Assembly: GCF_030013205.1 (NCBI RefSeq)
Contig: NZ_CP122648.1
Reading direction: 5' to 3' (one strand)
Source of the DNA: Escherichia coli
Lineage (GTDB): Bacteria > Pseudomonadota > Gammaproteobacteria > Enterobacterales > Enterobacteriaceae
Length of the DNA stretch: 64,000 bases
In this document: positions 1 through 7,975 of the stretch, in pieces
Layout: each line of letters opens with the position of its first letter
Position numbering within the stretch: position 1 is the stretch's first letter
Translations under genes and position numbers: made by a program
Notes under the pieces: generated by a model
What the model saw: the letters and a program-made list of their open reading frames with translations, nothing else
Database searches by the model: none
What the model was told of the DNA's origin: nothing

Positions 1-78
1 TCCGCCGGACAGCTTAATTAATTCCTTACTTGGCCGGTTTAAGTCAGCCACGATCCGGCCTTTTTTCAGGAGCTGAAT

Positions 79-1026
79 ATGAAAACACTACCTCCAGTCG
101 CACTAGGTACATGGTCCTGGGGCACAGGCTTTGCCGGCGGCGACACCGTCTTTGGTAATCATCTTTCTGATACTCAGATGGCAGAAGTGTTCACTGCGGC
201 CATGAGTAAGGGCCTCAATCTCTGGGATACCGCAGCAGTATATGGTATGGGGAGTTCCGAGACTGCGCTGGGAGCATTAGTCCATCAGTTTCCCCGCGAG
301 AACATAATTTTATCCACCAAATTCACGCCGCAGATTGCGGACAAGCAGTCTGCGCAGCCTGTCAGCGATATGCTTGAGGCCAGCCTTGGGCGCTTGGGCG
401 TGGACGCGATTGATATCTACTGGATCCATAATCCCCTCGACGTCGAAAAATGGACGCCAGGATTGATCCCACTTTTACAAAACGGTAAGGTAAAACGCGT
501 AGGTGTTTCCAACCACAATCTGGCACAAATCAGACGCGCCAATGAAATCCTTAACGCTTCCGGTTATTCCCTCAGTGCAGTACAAAATCACTACAGCCTG
601 CTCTATCGCGCTTCTGAAGAGGCCGGGATCCTTGATTATTGCCGACAAAATAACATCACGTTCTTTGCTTACATGGTCCTGGAGCAAGGCGCGCTCAGTG
701 GTCGTTATGATTCAAATCATCCCATGCCTGCCGGGAGTGGCCGGGCCGAAAGTTATAACGCAGTACTGCCGCAGATAGAAAGACTAACTGCCGCCATGAA
801 AAAAATGGGAGCCGAAAGGAATGCCAGCGTGGCACAGATAGCCATCGCATGGGCTATTGCGAAAGGTACCCTTCCCCTCGTTGGTGCGACTAAAGTCCAT
901 CACGTTCTGGACGCCGCCTGCGCTTCAGACATCCAGTTACGCGATGAGGAAATCATCCTGCTGGAACAACTCGCCGCAGAGACCAGAGTGGATACACGAG
1001 GCGCCTGGGAAAAACCGATGGTGTAA
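79..1026 (+). CDS. Aldo-keto reductase family oxidoreductase (315 aa)
   Basis: ORF translation has AKR hallmarks (N-terminal GTWSWG motif, TIM-barrel-length product); AGGAG Shine-Dalgarno about 8 nt upstream of ATG. Confidence 0.8.
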   Translation: MKTLPPVALGTWSWGTGFAGGDTVFGNHLSDTQMAEVFTAAMSKGLNLWDTAAVYGMGSSETALGALVHQFPRENIILSTKFTPQIADKQSAQPVSDMLEASLGRLGVDAIDIYWIHNPLDVEKWTPGLIPLLQNGKVKRVGVSNHNLAQIRRANEILNASGYSLSAVQNHYSLLYRASEEAGILDYCRQNNITFFAYMVLEQGALSGRYDSNHPMPAGSGRAESYNAVLPQIERLTAAMKKMGAERNASVAQIAIAWAIAKGTLPLVGATKVHHVLDAACASDIQLRDEEIILLEQLAAETRVDTRGAWEKPMV

Positions 1027-1128
1027 AGCCCGTCCGGAACAGACTGTCATGAATGACACACACGAACGGGCTGTTCCGGGTGATTCTAATCTGTATCACT
1101 TTTACTGCTTTGTATGAATGGTGAGAAT

Positions 1129-1805
1129 ATGAAAATCATTTGCCTCGAAGAACATTATCTCGACAGCGAGTTAGGGCGAGCGTGTATGCCTGTTGCGCTT
1201 GAGCAGGCACCTTTCCTTGGCGACTGGGGGAAAACCGTCGCTGATGGTCATAATCCTGACCGACTCCCTGCTTTCCCGCTTTAATAAACTGAATGTGCCA
1301 CTCTATCTTCATCCCGGGTTACCGCTTAAAAGCGTACAGCAGGCCTACTTCACGGGCTTCAGCGCAGAGGTCAACGCCAGGCTTTCTATGTTTGCCTGGG
1401 GCTGGCATCACGAAGCGGGGATCCATTTGTTGCGGCTGATGTTATCGGGCGCATTTGATAAATATCCCAACCTGCAGGTAATCAGTGGCCACTGGGGGGA
1501 GATGTTACCCTTCTGGCTCCAGCGTCTTGATGACAGCCTACCACTGGCTGCAACGGGTCTGTCACGCACGCTAACGAGAACCTTCCAGGAACACGTTTAC
1601 GTTACCCCGCCATATGCTAACACTGCCGCACTTCCAGTTTATCTACGCGTTAATGGGTGCTGAAAGGATCCTGTTCTCCGTCGATTATCCCTATCAGACC
1701 CTGGACGGTGTAAAAACCTTTATAGACAGTCTGCCCGTCAACAAGGCTGAAAAAGAGGCCATCGCATTTCGCAATGCAGAACGTTTACTGGGCATCACGG
1801 CGTAG
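1129..1805 (+). pseudogene. Amidohydrolase-2 (ACMSD-like metal-dependent hydrolase) gene, fragmented across three reading frames
   Basis: Short N-terminal ORF from ATG 1129 stops after about 50 codons; homologous segments continue in ORFs 1193..1663 and 1614..1805 in other frames; total span about 225 codons versus about 300 expected. Confidence 0.5.
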
Positions 1806-1954
1806 TTCACGGGTTCGTGATGACCGGTACAATGAGAACAGTTGACCATTATTAGTTTTTGTCTAAAAGTGAATGAGTCTTTACTGCTCTAAAAAAATAA
1901 TGTTGTCACTCTATACTGGATTTAATATTCACCAAAGATGTTTAACTGATTGAA

Positions 1955-2527
1955 ATGAAAAATATCCTTGTTATTTCAGGTCATCCTGAGCTTACCCATT
2001 CCGTCGCCAATGCCACTATTCTTGATGAAGTGGAGACCGCCCTTCCTGATGTTGAGATTCGTCGTCTGGACAGGCTCTATCCGGATGGCAAATTCAACAT
2101 CGCGGCGGAGCAGGAAAGCCTGCTCAGGGCCGATGTGATTGTCTGGCAGTTCCCTTTTTCCTGGTATGGGCTGCCAGGATTAATGAAAAAATGGCTGGAC
2201 GAGGTCTTTGTTCACGGCTTCGCGCATGGCTCAACGGCGAAACTGGGCGGTAAAAAGCTGATCCTCTCCTTTACAACGGGAGCGCCAGAGGAGCTCTATA
2301 CCGTCGACAGTTTCTTTGGCCATACCATTGAAGAGTATCTTATTCCGTTCGAAACCACGGCAAGGCTGTGCAATCTTGAGCTGCTGACGCCGGTTTATAC
2401 CTGCGGTATCAGCTATGCCGACCGGGATGCCGACAAAATCGCGCAGCAAAAAACGCTTGCCCGGGAACACGCTTCAAGGCTTGTCGAACTGCTCAATTCC
2501 GTCGTGAATAATCCAGAGGGAGAATAA
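1955..2527 (+). CDS. Flavodoxin-like fold NAD(P)H dehydrogenase (quinone) family protein (190 aa)
   Basis: Translation begins MKNILVISGHP with WQFPFSWYGLPGLMKKWLD, typical of flavodoxin-2 NAD(P)H quinone reductases; stop is 2 nt before next gene. Confidence 0.7.
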   Translation: MKNILVISGHPELTHSVANATILDEVETALPDVEIRRLDRLYPDGKFNIAAEQESLLRADVIVWQFPFSWYGLPGLMKKWLDEVFVHGFAHGSTAKLGGKKLILSFTTGAPEELYTVDSFFGHTIEEYLIPFETTARLCNLELLTPVYTCGISYADRDADKIAQQKTLAREHASRLVELLNSVVNNPEGE

Positions 2528-2529
2528 CA

Positions 2530-3549
2530 ATGCAGTATACCCGGCTCGGTAAAAGTGACTTACTTGTTTCCCGCATCTGCATGGGATGCATGGGGTTTGG
2601 CGATCCGTCGACGGGTCAGCATAGCTGGACGCTGGACGAAACAGCAAGCCGCGACATCATTCGCTATGGCCTTGAAAAGGGCATCAACTTTTACGATACC
2701 GCTATAGCCTACCAGAATGGCTCCAGTGAGCGATACGTTGGCCGGGCATTACGGGAGATGGCGAAACGCGATGATATCGTCCTGGCCACCAAGTTTCTGC
2801 CGCGAACCCCCGCACAAATTGCCGGAGGGATCAGCGGAAAAGAGGCAATCGCTCAATCCCTTGACCAGAGCCTGAAGAATCTGGGGATGGACTATATCGA
2901 CCTCTACATCTACCACATCTGGGATTACAACACGCCCATTATCGACGTGCTTGAAGCGTTACATACCGCTGTTACTGCTGGCAAAGTACGAGCTGTTGGT
3001 ATTTCAAACTGCTATGCCTGGCAGCTGGCGAAGGCGAACGCCCTTGCTGAACGCGAAGGGCTGACGCCCTTTGTTTCCGTACAGAGCCACTACAATCTAA
3101 TTATGCGCGAAGATGAACGGGAGCTCTTCGGCCTGTGCACTGAGGATAATATCGCAATGACCCCCTATAGCGCGCTGGCCAGCGGCCGCCTCTCTCGTAA
3201 AGAAGGCTATACACGGCGAGCCACAGAGGATGACTATGCGCGTGGAAAATATGACAGCACGGCTGAACAGGATCGCAGCATTATTGAGCGTGTAGCCGAA
3301 CTGGCCGAACGCCATCTGGTGTCAATGACGGAAATATCTCTCGCTTGGCTGCTGACAAAAGTCACATCACCTGTCGTAGGGGCTACAAAAAAAGCTCATG
3401 TCGATGGCGCGGTAAACGCAGTAAATCTTCAACTAAGTCCGGAGGAAATTCAGTTTCTGGAAGAAACCTACCAGCCGCATGTTCTGACGGGGATCATGGC
3501 GCAAAATACGCCGCAAACGAAAGATGTTAAGCAGGTCTGGATGCGATAG
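2530..3549 (+). CDS. Aldo-keto reductase (Tas/YajO-like, 339 aa)
   Basis: ORF translation (RLGKSDLLVSRICMGCMGFGD, IDLYIYH) matches the AKR family; tightly coupled to upstream gene. Confidence 0.8.
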   Translation: MQYTRLGKSDLLVSRICMGCMGFGDPSTGQHSWTLDETASRDIIRYGLEKGINFYDTAIAYQNGSSERYVGRALREMAKRDDIVLATKFLPRTPAQIAGGISGKEAIAQSLDQSLKNLGMDYIDLYIYHIWDYNTPIIDVLEALHTAVTAGKVRAVGISNCYAWQLAKANALAEREGLTPFVSVQSHYNLIMREDERELFGLCTEDNIAMTPYSALASGRLSRKEGYTRRATEDDYARGKYDSTAEQDRSIIERVAELAERHLVSMTEISLAWLLTKVTSPVVGATKKAHVDGAVNAVNLQLSPEEIQFLEETYQPHVLTGIMAQNTPQTKDVKQVWMR

Positions 3550-3664
3550 CCCTTATTCACTTTTCCTCCTCTCGTCTTTGAGAGCGCCAGTAGCGGTCGG
3601 TTACGTTCTTACCAGCACCAGTTGATCGAACGTCTTAAACAGTAACGTCAGTAAAAAGATCATC

Positions 3665-4390
3665 GTGAAAAAGACTTTTATGCTTTTAATTTGCATGCTA
3701 ATAAGCAGCCCTGTCTTTGCAACAAAACCGGACGCGCCGAATAAGTCGGAGATGAATATCTTCGAGCTCGGCATCAGACCCGATCGGGACAACGACTTTG
3801 CAGACGTGGCCAGACAGACGATTTCCGCTTCGGTTGATCATGAAGCAGGTACACTGGCGATGTATGCCCTGCAACGCAGCGACAATTCAGGTCAGGCATT
3901 CATGTTCGAACTCTATGAAAATGAGCGTGCTTATCGCAAACATCTCAATGCCGCCCCATACAAAGCATTCGCTGCTCGTGCACCTGACATTATTGACAGG
4001 AAGAAGAAAATTACCCTGGAGCCACAGTTTCTGGGCGACAAACACATCATACCGAATGAACGAACTATCAATAATCTGGTGATCGTCGAAGTAAAGCCTG
4101 AATTTCAGAGCGAATTTAGAAACATCGTCCTTCCTGAAATGGTCGAGTCGCTCAAAGTAGAGAAAGGCGTGTTAGCCATGTATGCCGGTACAGATTCAGA
4201 GACTCCAAAACGCTGGTATTTCTATGAGATTTACGCCAGTGAGGAGGATTATCAACTGCACCGACAAACGCTGCACTTCCTGGATTACCTCAGGCAAACG
4301 GCGCATATGAGCGCCAGGAAGGACGCAATCCCGGTAAAACCGGTATTTCTTCGTAACAAAGGCGGAATCAAACAGGAGCCGCAACGTTGA
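3665..4390 (+). CDS. Secreted protein with two tandem ABM (antibiotic biosynthesis monooxygenase-like) domains (241 aa)
   Basis: N-terminal signal-peptide-like segment (MKKTFMLLICMLISSPVFA); two repeats with the ABM-type YExYxxExxYxxH pattern (FELYENERAYRKHL and YEIYASEEDYQLHR). Confidence 0.55.
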   Translation: MKKTFMLLICMLISSPVFATKPDAPNKSEMNIFELGIRPDRDNDFADVARQTISASVDHEAGTLAMYALQRSDNSGQAFMFELYENERAYRKHLNAAPYKAFAARAPDIIDRKKKITLEPQFLGDKHIIPNERTINNLVIVEVKPEFQSEFRNIVLPEMVESLKVEKGVLAMYAGTDSETPKRWYFYEIYASEEDYQLHRQTLHFLDYLRQTAHMSARKDAIPVKPVFLRNKGGIKQEPQR

Positions 4391-4405
4391 CCAGTAAGGA
4401 TTAAC

Positions 4406-5170
4406 ATGAAAAGCGTACTTGCAGCAGCGGCTATGTCGCTTGTTATTTCTGATTTTGCCAATGCTGAGGAAACAAGAGGTAAAGCTATGATGAAAATAGA
4501 ACCGTCAGCGATTTCGGAAGCTGATATTCGTTCCGTCTCACCGGCTCTCGCGCGCTTTGGTCGCGAAGCTATTACTGAAGATCTGTGGACACGCGACGCC
4601 CTCTCACCGAGGGATCGTAGTGTGGTGACCGTCGCCATGCTGATTGCCCGCAACCAGCCTGCCGAGCTTAAGCACTATATTGACGTCGCTCTCGATAGCG
4701 GCGTGACGCCAGCGGAATTATCAGAAATCATTACCCATCTGGCGTTCTACTCAGGTTGGCCAAATGCAATGTCAGCCGTCAGCGTGATCAAAGCAGTATT
4801 TGAAACTCGTGGCGTCACGGCAGATGCACTTCCTGAAGCTTCTCCGGACCTGCTTCCTCTCAATCAGGAAGCAGAAAAGCAGCGTTCAGAGACAGTGGAA
4901 AAAAATGTTGGCCCAATATCTCCAGGCCTGGTTAAATTCACTGCTGATCCACTCTTCCTGGATCTCTGGCAAAGACCCGCGCTGAAACCCCGCGACAGAA
5001 GCCTGATTACGGTCAGCGCCTTAATCGCATCCGGACAGAGCGCGCAGATTGGCTATCACCTCAATAGAGCAATGGATAATGGACTTTCGGTGAGATCGTT
5101 ACCCAGGCCGCCTTCTATGCTGGCTGGCCAAACGCATTTACCGCTGCTCCGGTTGTGGGAGAGGTGCTAA
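4406..5170 (+). CDS. Carboxymuconolactone decarboxylase (CMD/AhpD-like) family protein with two CMD repeats; C-terminus apparently frameshifted
   Basis: Two repeats of the DRSxxTV...HLAFYxGWPNA pattern; the second repeat's conserved motif (EIVTQAAFYAGWPNAF) is encoded in a different frame from about 5092 and runs to a stop at 5196. Confidence 0.6.
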   Translation: MKSVLAAAAMSLVISDFANAEETRGKAMMKIEPSAISEADIRSVSPALARFGREAITEDLWTRDALSPRDRSVVTVAMLIARNQPAELKHYIDVALDSGVTPAELSEIITHLAFYSGWPNAMSAVSVIKAVFETRGVTADALPEASPDLLPLNQEAEKQRSETVEKNVGPISPGLVKFTADPLFLDLWQRPALKPRDRSLITVSALIASGQSAQIGYHLNRAMDNGLSVRSLPRPPSMLAGQTHLPLLRLWERC

Positions 5171-5610
5171 ACAATCGATCATCGAGTAAAAGGTAACATT
5201 ACTGAACACTAAAACCTGACGCACATCACAAAATTAGAACGATCAGTTCATGAACCAACAGACGTGACATCGAGTGATTTATGGACAGCGTTTAACACAG
5301 TTATGAACCAAAACTGAGTTCATAACTGTGAGTTTGAATCGTCATTTGATTAATATCCATTTAAAACAGTTTGTTATGCTGTTTCTGGTGCTGAAGTCAA
5401 TTATGTATATCCCTCAAACCCAGAATAGTTAAATGGAATTTGAGTGATGCGAAGCGATTTTACGGTCGTCGTTATTACTTCAGGGTTCCAGAACATAAAG
5501 CCTCTCCTCTTTCATGATTGGCCTGTGCATACCTGATATAGGCTGGCTGGTATGCAGGTTTGCCGTTTGCCGCATCTTCCCTGCGTTGAAGAGTCAGGCT
5601 GGCAAACCGC

Positions 5611-5865
5611 GTGCAAATGAACACCCCCTCTTTCCATCAACAATTCAGACAGCTTGCGGGAATGAGTCCACTCCGGTATCAGAAATGGCTACGCCTCAAT
5701 GAAGCCAGGCGACTGATGCTGAATGAACATTACGATGTCACCACTGCAGCCTATGCTGTCGGTTACGAAAGCTTATCCCATTTCAGTCGGGAATATTCGC
5801 GGATGTTTGGAGAGTCACCTAAGAGAGATATTACCAGGTTAAGAAAGTCTGTCGGTCAGCTTTAA
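5611..5865 (+). pseudogene. yneL: AraC-family regulator remnant, C-terminal HTH domain only (yneL-like)
   Basis: 84-aa ORF contains only the AraC-type HTH region (LAGMSPLRYQKWLRLNEARRLM ... SLSHFSREYSRMFGESP); no intact N-terminal domain ORF upstream. Confidence 0.55.
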
Positions 5866-6297
5866 TAAACCCTGCACTTATCTGTTTAGAGCAATTCCGT
5901 GTTAGTTACACCAGGCAAACATTAACCATAGCTAATGTTTTATAGCCATATAAACCATTGGCCGCTCTTGACCTTTCCTGACACTTCCCTTGTTCGCAAT
6001 AATATTCTGTTTAGTCGCTGTTTATAAATAACATGCATAATGAAATCGTAATGTTATTTAGCGACATAAAATGTCTTTGCAAATACTCTCTACAACAAGT
6101 GCTGCAATAAACTTGTTGTGATTAGGTGTCCTTGTAATTTAAAGATATTATCGTTCTTCGTGAAATGTAATAACCCTGGAACTATATTCTCAGGGCAATA
6201 TCCCATCAAGAATGATTCTTGTTTTATAAGCAATAACAGAATGACTTAATTGTTAACTTTCTTTATTCAGCTACTTAAATATAAATTTTGGAGAATT

Positions 6298-6861
6298 ATG
6301 AAACTCAAACATGTCGGTATGATTGTCGTTTCTGTGTTGGCGATGTCGTCTGCTGCGGTAAGCGCAGCCGAGGGTGATGAATCAGTAACGACCACTGTTA
6401 ATGGCGGTGTTATTCATTTTAAAGGTGAAGTGGTAAATGCCGCTTGTGCGATTGATTCAGAATCAATGAACCAAACGGTTGAGCTGGGTCAGGTCCGTTC
6501 TTCTCGTCTGGCTAAAGCGGGTGACCTCAGCTCCGCCGTTGGCTTCAATATCAAGCTGAATGATTGTGATACCAATGTTTCCAGTAATGCAGCTGTTGCA
6601 TTCCTGGGTACTACTGTCACCAGTAATGACGACACATTAGCGCTTCAGAGTTCAGCGGCAGGCTCTGCCCAAAATGTCGGTATTCAAATTTTGGACCGTA
6701 CGGGTGAGGTATTAATACTTGATGGTGCCACTTTTAGTGCTAAAACTGACTTGATTGATGGCACGAATATATTGCCGTTCCAGGCTAGATATATTGCTCT
6801 CGGGCAGTCAGTAGCTGGTACTGCAAACGCTGATGCGACCTTCAAAGTTCAATATCTATAA
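6298..6861 (+). CDS. Fimbrial major subunit (type-1-like pilin; F9/Fml-type operon)
   Basis: 187-aa product from internal ATG with GGAG RBS; signal peptide, conserved pilin Cys pair and C-terminal beta strand (ATFKVQYL); first gene of the chaperone-usher operon. Confidence 0.8.
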   Translation: MKLKHVGMIVVSVLAMSSAAVSAAEGDESVTTTVNGGVIHFKGEVVNAACAIDSESMNQTVELGQVRSSRLAKAGDLSSAVGFNIKLNDCDTNVSSNAAVAFLGTTVTSNDDTLALQSSAAGSAQNVGIQILDRTGEVLILDGATFSAKTDLIDGTNILPFQARYIALGQSVAGTANADATFKVQYL

Positions 6862-6902
6862 TTCAATCTTAAGGTGGCTATACGTCATCTGAAATTGAAA
6901 CA

Positions 6903-6933
6903 GGGTGTGTGTGGCATGGCTACGCACACCCGA
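6903..6933 (+). terminator. Hairpin after the major pilin gene (possible intra-operon attenuator)
   Basis: GGGTGTG ... CACACCC inverted repeat immediately downstream of the pilin stop codon. Confidence 0.3.
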
Positions 6934-7214
6934 GCAATTCACCAATGTTCATCTCATTATTAATGAGGAATAGTTTGTGTTTTGGAGCGGTATGAAAAAA
7001 TCACATAATATCTAAACGATCAATAAACAACAGTAGTTAAACTTACTGTTATTTAAAATATTTACTTTGTAGCAAGGTTTTCCTATTAAAAGAGAACCAA
7101 CATTTATTACAAACGCATTAAGTCTGGAAACCCGGCGAGTCGCCAATGTATTAGCAATATTTACTGATTGTCTGATGTAACGGTTTTCCCGCTTATCCTC
7201 TTAACACATGGAGA

Positions 7215-7934
7215 ATGCATCAGATGCAAACTACGCGTACCCCCTACTCTATTTCCTTTATGGCGACAGTGTTACTTTTATTGCTCTTTGCTTGCCATAG
7301 CACCATTGCCAACGCAGCTGTCGCACTGGGTGCGACGCGGGTAATTTATCCGGCAAACCAGAAACAGGTTTTATTGCCTGTCACGAATAATGATCCTGCC
7401 AGTGTCTATCTCATTCAGTCATGGATAGAAAATGCAGGTGACCAAAAAGACACCCAGTTTGTCATTACCCCACCGCTTTTTTCCATGCAAGGTAAAAAAG
7501 AGAATACGCTGCGGATAATCAACGCCACTAATCATCAGTTACCAGGCGACCGTGAAAGCCTGTTCTGGGTTAATGTTAAAGCTATTCCTGCTATGGAAAA
7601 AGACCAGAAGAATGAGAATACATTACAGCTGGCAATTATTAGCCGCATAAAAATGTTTTATCGCCCCACGAACCTGGCAATGGCACCTGAAGAAGCGCCA
7701 GCAATGCTTCGGTTTCGTCGCAGCGGTAGCAAACTCACTCTTATTAATCCAACGCCCTACTTCATTACCGTAACAAATATGAAAGCAGGAAATAGCAATC
7801 TCCCAAACACCATGGTGCCGCCAAAAGGTGAAGTATCGGTGGATATCCCGCATGCTGCAACCGGGGATATCAGTTTTCAGACGATCAATGATTACGGTGC
7901 ATTAACTCCGCGTATTAAGGCAACCATGCAGTAA
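7215..7934 (+). CDS. Periplasmic fimbrial chaperone (PapD/FimC family)
   Basis: 239-aa ORF with signal peptide and chaperone-type motifs (RVIYPA, FWVNVKAIP); positioned between pilin and usher. Confidence 0.85.
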   Translation: MHQMQTTRTPYSISFMATVLLLLLFACHSTIANAAVALGATRVIYPANQKQVLLPVTNNDPASVYLIQSWIENAGDQKDTQFVITPPLFSMQGKKENTLRIINATNHQLPGDRESLFWVNVKAIPAMEKDQKNENTLQLAIISRIKMFYRPTNLAMAPEEAPAMLRFRRSGSKLTLINPTPYFITVTNMKAGNSNLPNTMVPPKGEVSVDIPHAATGDISFQTINDYGALTPRIKATMQ

Positions 7935-7975
7935 GCCAGTGACCTAATTAATAATAAACTCAATCGGAATTAATA

